Shown in pieces: positions 55,178 through 63,801 of a DNA stretch of 64,000 nucleotides (within the stretch, counting starts at the first letter, position 1; each line of letters begins with the position of its first letter). The notes below the pieces were generated by a model, which was given only the letters and a program-made list of their open reading frames with translations, was not told the origin of the DNA and did not search any database. The position numbers were made by a program, and so were the translations under genes. This DNA comes from Nitrospirota bacterium (GTDB taxonomy: Bacteria; Nitrospirota; Thermodesulfovibrionia; Thermodesulfovibrionales; UBA1546). The stretch is taken from NCBI GenBank assembly GCA_016195565.1, contig JACPZK010000006.1, positions 30,900 through 94,899 on the forward strand. The letters are read 5' to 3'.

Positions 55178-57280
55178 TCAGCTTGTCTTAAACAATTCAA
55201 TCTTCCCCTTCCAGAACATTTCAAGCCCCTTCTTCAATTCAGGGAATGTATTTAGCTCAGCATCCTTATCAATCAATGCAAATGCTTCTTTCCTCGCAGT
55301 TTCAAGAAGTCTTGCATCTCTTATAATATTTGCAAGCTTTAGGTCAGGCATCCCTGCCTGTCTCGTGCCGAAAAATTCTCCCGGCCCTCTTATGTCAAGG
55401 TCTTCCTCCGCAATCCTGAATCCGTCATTAGTTTTTATCATTATATCAAGCCTTCTCCGCGCATCTTCGCTCACAGGCTCATACATTAAAAGAAAACAAT
55501 ACGACTGGCTGCCTCCCCTTCCCACTCTCCCTCTTAACTGGTGAAGCTGGGAAAGCCCGAACCTCTCTGCATGGACTATAAGCATCATCGCGGCGTTAGG
55601 CACATCCACCCCGACCTCTATAACCGTAGTGCTTACAAGGACATCAATCCCGCCCTTCTTGAACGACGCCATTATATTTTCCCTCTCCTGCGGTTTCAGC
55701 CTGCCGTGAATAAGCTCAACCTTCAGGCTCGGGAATATTTTCTCAAGCGCCTCTTTGCCAATTATCGCTGATTTGAGATTCGTTTTCTCTGTCTCATCAA
55801 TAACAGGATATACGACATATACCTGCCTGCCTTTTTTTGTTTCTTCTGCAATTGCCCTGTAAATGTATTCTTTCTGTCCTGCATTAAACAAGCGCGTTAC
55901 AACAGGGCTTCTGCCCGGAGGAAGTTCATCTATAACAGAATAATCCAGGTCTCCGTAGAGCGTCATTGACAGGGTTCTTGGAATAGGCGTAGCTGTCATG
56001 ACAAGGACATCGGGATTCACGGCTTTCTTCCTGAGAAGCTGCCTCTGCATAACGCCGAATCTGTGCTGTTCATCTATTATCGCAAGCCCGAGGTTTTTAA
56101 ATTCCACGCCTTCCTGTATAAGCGCATGTGTTCCTATGATTATATTAATTTCTCCTGATGCAATATCGCAGCGCAGCGCCTCTCTCTCTTTTTTCTTGCT
56201 TCCGGTCATAAGGCATACCTTCAGCCCCATATCCTCTATCATCTTGTGTATGTTTATGTAATGCTGTCCTGCAAGTATCTCGGTAGGAGCCATTAAAGCT
56301 GACTGATAACCGCACTCGGCAGCAGTGAGCATTGCCATAACCGCAATAACAGTCTTGCCGCAGCCTACATCTCCCTGAAGAAGCCTGTTCATCGGGTGTG
56401 GCCTTCTCATGTCATAAAGTATTTCTTCAAATACCCTCTGCTGCGCCGAAGTGAGTTTGAATTTAAGCGCACCGAGAAATTTTCTGACAAGGACGCCGTC
56501 TGAACTAAACGCTATCCCATTCTCAACCTCTTTGCCCTTTTTAATTATTGAAAGTCCGAGTTCAAACTTAAAGAGCTCCTCAAAATAAAGCCTTTTCTGA
56601 TAGATGCTTGAACAGCTGTTAAGGCTGTCTATATCTATACCGCTTTCAGGGAAGTGAGAATTCAATATGCTCTCAGTGAGCCCCTGAAAATTATTTCTAA
56701 TGAGTATTTCCTCCGGCATATTGTCAGAGACCTCTTTGATGCAGGTATTGATAAGATTGAACATTATAGCCCTTAACTGTCTTACGCTCAGGCCTGCGGT
56801 CGTCCTGTAAACCGGGACAATCCTTGCAGTATGTATAAAGGCATCAGCGTCATCGGTGACAAACTCATATTCGGGATTATCAAATTCAAAGCCGATTCCC
56901 CGGTAGGGATTTCTCTTAACAATGCCGCTCAGGATTACTTCCTGCCCCTCTTCAAAGTTCTTTTTCAGGAAAGGCTGGTTAAACCACTTGCCTTTGACAA
57001 GGCCACTTCCGTCAGATACCGTTAACTCAAACAGCTTCATATTACGCCTTGGAAGCTTTATGACCTCGGCAGCGACAACCTTGCCGATAACAGTCTCAAG
57101 CCGGCCATATCCGAGAGCGCTTATCTTTTTGATATTCTTTCTGTCTTCGTATCTGTATGGAAGGTAGTAAAGGGCTTCTTCTGCTGTCTTGATTCCAAGG
57201 GTGTTAAGGAGCTTTGCGCGCCGTGGGCCGACGCCTTTGATATATTGTACAGGAAATTCTGAAAGGTTCTTACCCATCAA
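55178..57280 (-). CDS. recG: ATP-dependent DNA helicase RecG
   Basis: 700 aa; wedge domain, LLQGDVGCGKT, IIDEQHRFG, MTATPIPRT, QLHQLRGRVGRG. Confidence 0.95.
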   Translation of the reverse strand: MMGKNLSEFPVQYIKGVGPRRAKLLNTLGIKTAEEALYYLPYRYEDRKNIKKISALGYGRLETVIGKVVAAEVIKLPRRNMKLFELTVSDGSGLVKGKWFNQPFLKKNFEEGQEVILSGIVKRNPYRGIGFEFDNPEYEFVTDDADAFIHTARIVPVYRTTAGLSVRQLRAIMFNLINTCIKEVSDNMPEEILIRNNFQGLTESILNSHFPESGIDIDSLNSCSSIYQKRLYFEELFKFELGLSIIKKGKEVENGIAFSSDGVLVRKFLGALKFKLTSAQQRVFEEILYDMRRPHPMNRLLQGDVGCGKTVIAVMAMLTAAECGYQSALMAPTEILAGQHYINIHKMIEDMGLKVCLMTGSKKKEREALRCDIASGEINIIIGTHALIQEGVEFKNLGLAIIDEQHRFGVMQRQLLRKKAVNPDVLVMTATPIPRTLSMTLYGDLDYSVIDELPPGRSPVVTRLFNAGQKEYIYRAIAEETKKGRQVYVVYPVIDETEKTNLKSAIIGKEALEKIFPSLKVELIHGRLKPQERENIMASFKKGGIDVLVSTTVIEVGVDVPNAAMMLIVHAERFGLSQLHQLRGRVGRGGSQSYCFLLMYEPVSEDARRRLDIMIKTNDGFRIAEEDLDIRGPGEFFGTRQAGMPDLKLANIIRDARLLETARKEAFALIDKDAELNTFPELKKGLEMFWKGKIELFKTS

Positions 57281-58391
57281 CAGATGGTTTGTTTTTCTTC
57301 AGCGCTTCTTTGTCTATTGCCTCTTCTAATACTTTGTCTGCTTCTTCCATCTTAATCTTGGAGTACTCTGTGTCGCTCATTATGTCTATGTCCCATCCTG
57401 TAAGCTTCATGGCAAGCCTTACATTCTGCCCTTTCTTGCCTATTGCAAGCGAAAGCTGCTGGTCATTGACAACCACCATTGCAGTCTTGCTTTCTTCATT
57501 TATGCCAATCCTTTCAACGCTTGCGGGGCTCAGCGCACGGGCAATAAGCATCCTCGGGTCATCAGTCCATGGGACTATATCTATCCTCTCCCCTCTAAGC
57601 TCCCTCACGATAGACTGAACCCTTGTTCCTTTCATCCCAACACATGCGCCGACCGGATCTATGGACGCATTTGTAGAATAAACAGCAATCTTGGTCCTGT
57701 CACCCGGCTCACGCACTATATCCTTTATCACCACAAGCCCCTCGCTTATTTCAGGAACTTCCATCTTGAACAATGCCCCAACAAAACGCGGGTTCGTTCT
57801 TGAAACAAGTACAACAGGTTCCTTTGTGCTTATCTTCACTTCTTCTATCTGCGCCCTGACAGTATCTCCTCTCCTCAGATTTTCCCCGGGCAGCGCTTCG
57901 CTTTGAGGAAGAATAGCTTCAGTTTTGCCGATATTAATATAGTAATTATTTTTTTCCTTCCTCATTACAGACCCGCTTACAACCTGCCCGACCTTATCTT
58001 TGAACTCGGCATAAATGACATCACGCTCAGCCTCGCGGACTTTCTGAAAGATAACCTGCTTCGCTGTCTGGACAGCTATCCTGCCGAAATCGTGAACATC
58101 AAGCGGCAGGTCCACGCTCTCCGCCCCGGCTTTGTCAGAAAAAAGTTTTTTCACGTCAGACTTGGAAATCTCCATGTCTTTATCGGAAACCTTGTCCACA
58201 ATAATCTTTGTCTCATAAGCCGTGATATTGCAGGTTTTAGGGTCTATCGTAAGATGGACATTCGTTCTTCCGCCATACCGCTTTCTTGCAGCAGAAAGCA
58301 GCGCAGCTTCAAGCGCAGCAAGAAGAATTCCCTTCTCTATGCCTTTTTCCCTGCTCATCTGGTCTATTCCCTGACAGAGTTCTTTTGTCAT
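57270..58391 (-). CDS. nusA: transcription termination/antitermination factor NusA (short form, no AR domains)
   Basis: S1 and tandem KH regions (RIAVQTAKQVIFQKVREAER, DPVGACVGMKGTRVQSIVREL, AIGKKGQNVRLA). Confidence 0.95.
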   Translation of the reverse strand: MTKELCQGIDQMSREKGIEKGILLAALEAALLSAARKRYGGRTNVHLTIDPKTCNITAYETKIIVDKVSDKDMEISKSDVKKLFSDKAGAESVDLPLDVHDFGRIAVQTAKQVIFQKVREAERDVIYAEFKDKVGQVVSGSVMRKEKNNYYINIGKTEAILPQSEALPGENLRRGDTVRAQIEEVKISTKEPVVLVSRTNPRFVGALFKMEVPEISEGLVVIKDIVREPGDRTKIAVYSTNASIDPVGACVGMKGTRVQSIVRELRGERIDIVPWTDDPRMLIARALSPASVERIGINEESKTAMVVVNDQQLSLAIGKKGQNVRLAMKLTGWDIDIMSDTEYSKIKMEEADKVLEEAIDKEALKKNKPSVDG

Positions 58392-58858
58392 TTTATCTCT
58401 ATCTCCAGTCTGGCCCTTGATATGTTATCAAAAGGGATATTACGCTCTTCCCCGTTTATATCTAATTGTATAAGGTCCGCAGTTATACCGGTTATCCTGC
58501 CGAGAAAAAAATTCTGGTTATCTATCTTGTCTTTAGTAATTATCCTCACAAGTTTCCCCTTACTCCTTTCAAAATCCTTCAACGCAGTTAACGGCCTGTC
58601 AAGCCCCGGCGATGAAACCTCAAGATTGTAAGGTCCCTGCAGAGAGTCTTCCGCTTCAAGCAGTAAACCAAGTCTTCTGCTGAATCTCTCACAGTCGTCA
58701 AGAGTCACCCCGCCGCTTCTGTCTATCGTAACTCTCATCAATGTCCCCTTCCCTCTGCCTGATAACCTTACTTCAAGCACCTCAACGCTCTGGTCTTCGG
58801 CAATCTGCCTTGCCAGCTTCAGTACTTCATCAGCAACAATTGACTGTTTTGTATCCAT
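58388..58858 (-). CDS. rimP: ribosome maturation factor RimP
   Basis: LRVTIDRSGGVTLDDCERFSR...YNLEVSSPGLDRPL. Start placed at ATG 58858, because the track's GTG extension runs through a hairpin. Confidence 0.85.
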   Translation of the reverse strand: MDTKQSIVADEVLKLARQIAEDQSVEVLEVRLSGRGKGTLMRVTIDRSGGVTLDDCERFSRRLGLLLEAEDSLQGPYNLEVSSPGLDRPLTALKDFERSKGKLVRIITKDKIDNQNFFLGRITGITADLIQLDINGEERNIPFDNISRARLEIEIK

Positions 58859-58868
58859 ATACCTATAA

Positions 58869-58900
58869 AACAAAAGAGTGGGAAAACCCACTCTTTTGTT
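58869..58900 (-). promoter_or_regulatory. terminator-like hairpin 10 nt upstream of the rimP start (candidate attenuator)
   Basis: 14-bp perfect stem AACAAAAGAGTGGG / CCCACTCTTTTGTT with a 4-nt loop; on the minus strand it is followed by TTTTATAGG. Confidence 0.45.
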
Positions 58901-58974
58901 AAAATAATGCTAAAGCTGTTTAAAATATATAATAATACTGTTTTAAGTTACCACTTTATCACCAAAAAAGCAAT

Positions 58975-59010
58975 CATTTTCAGGGGTGGTTTTTTCCACC
59001 CCTGAAAATG
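58975..59010 (-). terminator. rho-independent terminator of the small lipoprotein gene
   Basis: 15-bp perfect stem CATTTTCAGGGGTGG / CCACCCCTGAAAATG with a 6-nt loop, starting 9 nt after the stop; followed on the minus strand by ATTGCTTTTTTGG. Confidence 0.7.
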
Positions 59011-59018
59011 ATAAAAAC

Positions 59019-59204
59019 TTATTTGCCCGCCGGTGCTGCCGGAGCTGCTGGCGCTGCCGGTGCTGCCGGAGCTGCTGCAGGAGCCTCTGCCGGTTTCGGA
59101 GCCTCAGCTGGTTTTGGAGCCTCTGCCTTCTTGCAGCCTACTGCTGTAAGAGCAAAAGCTACAATCAGCAATAATGAAAGGATTAAAGCTATTACTTTCT
59201 TCAC
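59019..59204 (-). CDS. 61-aa probable lipoprotein with Ala/Pro-rich tandem-repeat tail
   Basis: GTG 59204 is preceded by AAGGAGGAGGTGA. VKKVIALILSLLLIVAFALTAVGC, then KKAEAPKPAEAPKPAEAPAAAPAAPAAPAAPAAPAGK. Confidence 0.6.
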   Translation of the reverse strand: MKKVIALILSLLLIVAFALTAVGCKKAEAPKPAEAPKPAEAPAAAPAAPAAPAAPAAPAGK

Positions 59205-59318
59205 TTGGGTCACCTCCTCCTTAATATAATGTAAAACAGACCTTAATTTGATAACATATATAATAAATATTGTCAAGATTTTTAAAAAAATGATACTAAA
59301 CGAATCAGGGGGGTTTTT

Positions 59319-59993
59319 ATGGCAAATTTTAACAATCCGGCACTTATCATCTTCGACCTTGACGGCACACTTGTTGACTCGGGCAAAGACATAACTAATG
59401 CATTAAATTATGCTATAGCGCCATACGGCTTTAAGCCTCTTACTGTGGAGGACACCATTAAGATGGTCGGAGAAGGACTGACAAGGCTTATAGAAAAAAT
59501 TCTTGAAGACAATAATGTTTACATAAAAGATGCTGTGCTCGACAGGTTTATCAAATACTATTCGGAACACCTCACTGATTTTACAAGGCCTTATCCGGGA
59601 GTAATAAAAACCCTTGAAATTCTCGGGAGGTATAAAAAGGCAGTGATATCCAACAAGAGGGAATCTCTGTCAAAAAAACTCCTTGAACAACTCGGACTCA
59701 TGAAATTTTTTGATGTCGTGCTCGGAAGCGACAGCGCTGCTGAAAAAAAACCGTCACCGGAGCCTGTTAAAAAAGTTCTTAAAATTCTCGGCATAGAGCC
59801 TCAAAGAGCTATTATCGTGGGCGATAGTGCCTTTGACATACAGGCAGGTAAAGGCGCAGGGCTAATCACAGTGGCGGTAACTTACGGATTCAGGGATAGA
59901 GAATCACTCGCCAGCGCAGATTTTTTAATTGACAACATGGCCCAGCTTCTGACATTGATAGAAAAAAATAACGCGCAGGATATTCTTACTTAA
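59319..59993 (+). CDS. HAD-superfamily phosphatase (phosphoglycolate phosphatase-like)
   Basis: IIFDLDGTLVDS (motif I), ISNK (motif II), KKPSPEP, VGDSAFDIQAG (motif IV). Confidence 0.75.
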   Translation: MANFNNPALIIFDLDGTLVDSGKDITNALNYAIAPYGFKPLTVEDTIKMVGEGLTRLIEKILEDNNVYIKDAVLDRFIKYYSEHLTDFTRPYPGVIKTLEILGRYKKAVISNKRESLSKKLLEQLGLMKFFDVVLGSDSAAEKKPSPEPVKKVLKILGIEPQRAIIVGDSAFDIQAGKGAGLITVAVTYGFRDRESLASADFLIDNMAQLLTLIEKNNAQDILT

Positions 59994-60877
59994 TGAACCT
60001 AACGTTAGACACCATACGCTATATAAAACTTTACCAGAATAAGAAAGGTTACAGGTTTTCTGTAGATGCACTGCTTCTCTATTCATTTGTAAACATACAC
60101 AGAGCATACAGGATTGCCGATCTGGGAGCAGGCTCCGGGATTGTAGGAATCCTGCTGGCGAAAAAATATCATGATTCAGAGGTGGCCCTTATCGAAATTC
60201 AGAACAGCCTCGCCGGACTTGCAGAAAAGAACATCGTCCTTAACAAGGTTGAAAAGCGAGTAAGGGTAATCAGGACAGACATAAAGAAATTCAAACCCAG
60301 CAATCCAGAACTTGAAAATGAAACAATCATGTCTCAAAGAGACACAAAGAGCAATGAAAATGTCATTGCGAGGAGCGGTAGCGACGAAGCAATCTCAAAA
60401 GACAAGATTGCCACGCCTTCGGCTCGCAATGACAGGTTAGAGGTATTTTCAGGTGAAAATACTCTCAACTCACCGCTCCTAACTCCCAACTCTTTTGATC
60501 TCGTTGTATCAAACCCTCCGTTCAGATGCCAGAAGACAGGAATTATAAGCCCTTCAGATGAAAAGGCTATTGCAAGACATGAAATAGAGCTAAAACTTGC
60601 AGATTTAATACAGGCCTCGTGCTCGCTTCTGAGGTCCAAAGGCAGATTCTGCATGATTTATCATCCGTCAAGGCTTGTGGAACTCATTGACGCCTTGAGG
60701 GAGAAACATCTGGAGCCGAAAAGATTAAGGTTTGTTCATTCCAATCACATGACAGAGGCAAAGATGGCGCTCGTAGAGGCGATAAAGGACGGAAGGACAG
60801 AGATGAAAATTGAGAATCCCTTGTACATATATAAAGAAGACGGGACATACACGGATGAGATGAAAGCCCTCTATTAA
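59993..60877 (+). CDS. TrmN6/YfiC-like N6-adenine methyltransferase carrying an in-frame repeat insertion
   Basis: GYRFSVDALLLYSF, DLGAGSGIVGILLA (SAM motif I), VVSNPPF (motif IV); ~50 extra residues between them include the 24 codons of repeat 60362-60433. Confidence 0.7.
   Translation: MNLTLDTIRYIKLYQNKKGYRFSVDALLLYSFVNIHRAYRIADLGAGSGIVGILLAKKYHDSEVALIEIQNSLAGLAEKNIVLNKVEKRVRVIRTDIKKFKPSNPELENETIMSQRDTKSNENVIARSGSDEAISKDKIATPSARNDRLEVFSGENTLNSPLLTPNSFDLVVSNPPFRCQKTGIISPSDEKAIARHEIELKLADLIQASCSLLRSKGRFCMIYHPSRLVELIDALREKHLEPKRLRFVHSNHMTEAKMALVEAIKDGRTEMKIENPLYIYKEDGTYTDEMKALY
60362..60433. repeat. miniature palindromic repeat, family A, 72 bp, inside a CDS and in frame
   Basis: GTCATTGCGAGGAGCGGTAGCGACGAAGCAATCTC...AAGATTGCCACGCCTTCGGCTCGCAATGAC. 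It starts exactly on a codon boundary (369 nt from the ATG) and translates as VIARSGSDEAISKDKIATPSARND. Confidence 0.85.
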
Positions 60878-60896
60878 ATAGGGCCATTTTTACTCT

Positions 60897-61568
60897 CTAT
60901 CTTTTTTTTGCCCTCCCTGCTTTCCTTCTTGAGGTAACATGCCATATTCTGAAAAGCCTTTCAAGTTTGTCTTTATATGCCATTGATAAAAAAACAGCAA
61001 CAACAGCAGCGCCCAGAAGAATAAAAAAACTGTAATACTGCTGGTTGTGAATATAACTTCCTCCAAGCGTCAGCAGGACAGTGCCGGCAAATCTGCCCAC
61101 TGTACTGATGATGAGGAATTCCTTTGTTGTCAGGTGCCCCAGCCCGAGGATATAACACAGAGAATCTTTTGGAAAGCCCGGTATAAGAAATAACAGAAAG
61201 ACAAGGAAGGCGCCCTTATGATGAAGAAGATAATCATATCTCTCTATCGTTTTCTTTTTAAGGAATTTTTCAACAAAAGGCCTTCCGAGAAATCTTGAAA
61301 GAGTAAAAGCCACCCATGAGCCGATGGTTAACCCTATTGTAGATAACAGTATACCAAGGGATATGCCATACAGGTAACCACCGATGAAGCCTGTAACCTC
61401 TCCGGGAATAGGAGCGGCAATAACCTGAACTGCCTGAAGGACTATGAACCCTATAAAAGAGAGAGGGCCTAACGAATTGAGAAAATCGGCCACCCTCTCT
61501 TTATTCAGAAAAAAAGAAACAAGCCCTGTCTGATAGAGGATTATCGTTGACCCTGCAATAACTACCAC
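60897..61568 (-). CDS. TVP38/TMEM64 (DedA-related) family membrane protein
   Basis: 223 aa multi-TM; QAVQVIAAPIPGEVTGFIGGYLYG motif of the SNARE-associated/TVP38 family. Confidence 0.7.
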   Translation of the reverse strand: MVVIAGSTIILYQTGLVSFFLNKERVADFLNSLGPLSFIGFIVLQAVQVIAAPIPGEVTGFIGGYLYGISLGILLSTIGLTIGSWVAFTLSRFLGRPFVEKFLKKKTIERYDYLLHHKGAFLVFLLFLIPGFPKDSLCYILGLGHLTTKEFLIISTVGRFAGTVLLTLGGSYIHNQQYYSFFILLGAAVVAVFLSMAYKDKLERLFRIWHVTSRRKAGRAKKR

Positions 61569-61643
61569 CAGAATTAGCAGCTTGAGCCATATCCTGTTTT
61601 TAATTTTTACTATTACGCATCTCCTTTAAGGTTATAAGCTTTC

Positions 61644-62411
61644 TTATTTCCCCATTTTATCAATAAATGGTTTTATCAAGTCTATAGGCACCGGGAATAT
61701 TATTGTTGAGTTCTTCTCAGTTGCAATCTCTGTAAGGGTCTGTAAAAATCTGAGCTGAAGCGCTCCGCTTTCTGTTGCTATAATCTTTGCCGCATCAGCA
61801 AGTTTCTGTGATGCCTGGAACTCTCCCTCTGCATGGATTATTTTGGCCCTTCTTTCACGCTCGGCCTCCGCCTGTTTTGCTATGGCCCTTTGCATCTCTG
61901 CAGGGAGGTCCACATTCTTCACTTCTACTGTAGTAACCTTTATCCCCCACGGCTCTGTCTGCTGGTCTATCACCTTCTGAAGTTCTGCATTTATATCCTC
62001 TCTTTTTGCCAAGAGGTCATCAAGCTGGCTCTGGCCGAGAATGCTCCTCAGAGTCGTCTGGGATATCTGTGAGGTTGCGTAATAAAAGTCCTCCACAGCT
62101 GTTATCGCCTTTATAGGATCCATAACCCTGAAGTAGACAACAGCATTCACCTTGACCGAGATATTATCCCTTGTGATGACATCCTGCGGCGGGACATCAA
62201 AGGTAACCGTCCTGAGACTCACCCTGACAAGCTTGTCAATCACAGGTATTATGATTACAAGCCCCGGGCCTTTTACAGGAATCACCCTTCCAAGCCTGAA
62301 GACAACACCTCTTTCATATTCCCTCAATATCTTAATTGCGCTTGAGAAGAAATAGATTACTAAAAACATTACAATCAAAAATCCCATAAACTGTGGCGGT
62401 ATCCCTGTCAT
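61644..62411 (-). CDS. SPFH/band-7 (stomatin-like) protein
   Basis: N-terminal TM, then [14 protein letters not shown]...[12 protein letters not shown]...LRSILG; C-terminal [11 protein letters not shown] coiled coil. Confidence 0.9.
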   Translation of the reverse strand: MTGIPPQFMGFLIVMFLVIYFFSSAIKILREYERGVVFRLGRVIPVKGPGLVIIIPVIDKLVRVSLRTVTFDVPPQDVITRDNISVKVNAVVYFRVMDPIKAITAVEDFYYATSQISQTTLRSILGQSQLDDLLAKREDINAELQKVIDQQTEPWGIKVTTVEVKNVDLPAEMQRAIAKQAEAERERRAKIIHAEGEFQASQKLADAAKIIATESGALQLRFLQTLTEIATEKNSTIIFPVPIDLIKPFIDKMGK

Positions 62412-62466
62412 TTTGTCCTCCTTTTTTTAGTGTCAGCTCCAGTTTTCAGTGTCAGCCTGTCACTAT

Positions 62467-63756
62467 TCACTTTTGTTTTCTAATTTTTACCTTCAACCCT
62501 GATACTGATTCAACAACTATTTTCTCGCTCTTTGATATCGTCTCATCAGAATATGCAGACCATCTTTCTCCGTGCAATAAAACCACGCCGCTGTCCCTCG
62601 TTATCTCTGTATTTGCAATTCCCTCCATCCCGACAAGCCCCTCAGAACCTGTCACAGGTTTCCTTTTGTAGGCCTTGTATGCAAGGCCGACAACTACAGT
62701 AAAAAACAGAGCCGTTACAATTACTGCAGGAAGAATCAGAAACAGCGACAGCTTCATAAACGGCCCCGGCGATTCAAACAACATTAACGAGCCGAGCAGC
62801 ATTGCAATGACGCCGCCAATGGTTAAGACGCCATGCGAAATTATCTTTATCTCAAGTATAAAAAGTATTATTGCGAGAATAATCAGGAGAAGGCCGGCAT
62901 AGTTCACAGGCAACGTCTGGAATGCATAGAATGCAAGTATAAGGCATATCCCTCCCATTACGCCGGGGAAGATAGCGCCGGGATTTGTCAGCTCAAAGAA
63001 CAATCCGTAAAATCCGAGAAGCATAAGCATATAGGCGACATTCGGGTCTGTAATAACATTGAGAATCTTATGCCTCAGGTTCATTTCTTCTCTTACAATA
63101 TTTGCGTTTGCGGTCTTTAAAATCTTCTCTCCCATAACAGTTTTCACCTTTCTTCCGTCTATAGCTGAGAGAAGTGTAATAAGGTCTTTGCTCACAATAT
63201 CTATAATTTTTTCCTTTAATGCCTCTGCTTCCGTAGCAGACACGCTTTTCCTCACGGCATCCTCAGCCCACTTTGAGTTTCTGCCTGTTCTTTCTGCGAG
63301 TGATTTTATATAAGCGGCAGCGTCGTTTGTAACTTTTTCTGACATTACCTTATCCATTTTTTCCCCTACTCCGACAGGATGCGCAGAACCAATGTTTGTG
63401 CCCGGAGACATGGCTGCAACATGGGCTGCAAGGGTTATAAAAACACCTGCTGACGCTGCCCTTGCCCCGCTCGGCGAGACATAGACAATCACAGGGACTT
63501 CACTTCCGATTATATTCTTGACTATATCCCGCATTGATGTGTCAAGGCCGCCCGGCGTATCAAGCTCTATTACAACAGCCTCGCGTTTCTGCTCATTAGC
63601 CCTTTTAATGCTCTTGCCTATATATTCAGCGGATGCAGGATTTATAACGCCGTTGACTGTAAGGACCAGCACATCCTTTTTTTGCTCCTGAGAAAAAAGC
63701 GGCACTGAGAGGGAAAGAGACAGTAAAGTTAAAAGGGCAAGTGTTCTCTTTAACAT
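62467..63756 (-). CDS. NfeD-family membrane-bound serine protease
   Basis: Signal peptide from ATG 63756 (MLKRTLALLTLLSL), ClpP-like domain (ELDTPGGLDTSMRDI, SAGVFI), central TM block, C-terminal NfeD OB domain (LLHGERWSAYSDE). Confidence 0.85.
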   Translation of the reverse strand: MLKRTLALLTLLSLSLSVPLFSQEQKKDVLVLTVNGVINPASAEYIGKSIKRANEQKREAVVIELDTPGGLDTSMRDIVKNIIGSEVPVIVYVSPSGARAASAGVFITLAAHVAAMSPGTNIGSAHPVGVGEKMDKVMSEKVTNDAAAYIKSLAERTGRNSKWAEDAVRKSVSATEAEALKEKIIDIVSKDLITLLSAIDGRKVKTVMGEKILKTANANIVREEMNLRHKILNVITDPNVAYMLMLLGFYGLFFELTNPGAIFPGVMGGICLILAFYAFQTLPVNYAGLLLIILAIILFILEIKIISHGVLTIGGVIAMLLGSLMLFESPGPFMKLSLFLILPAVIVTALFFTVVVGLAYKAYKRKPVTGSEGLVGMEGIANTEITRDSGVVLLHGERWSAYSDETISKSEKIVVESVSGLKVKIRKQK

Positions 63757-63801
63757 GTTAGAATTATACCATAAAGTAATTATGCACTGTATAATATAGC
63801 C

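Noticed and set aside
59030-59130. Short tandem repeats checked as a possible CRISPR array or minisatellite
   Set aside because: Units are ~9-18 nt, contiguous with no spacers, and lie in a coding frame. No CRISPR-like repeat-spacer structure exists anywhere in the window.
58986-59229. Plus-strand ORFs encoding Cys/Arg-rich (CCRSCWRCRCCRSCC) and poly-Ala/Gly peptides, considered as a possible cysteine-rich RiPP-like precursor
   Set aside because: They are alternative or reverse frames of the Ala/Pro tandem repeat. The minus-strand frame has the SD, signal peptide, lipobox and terminator.
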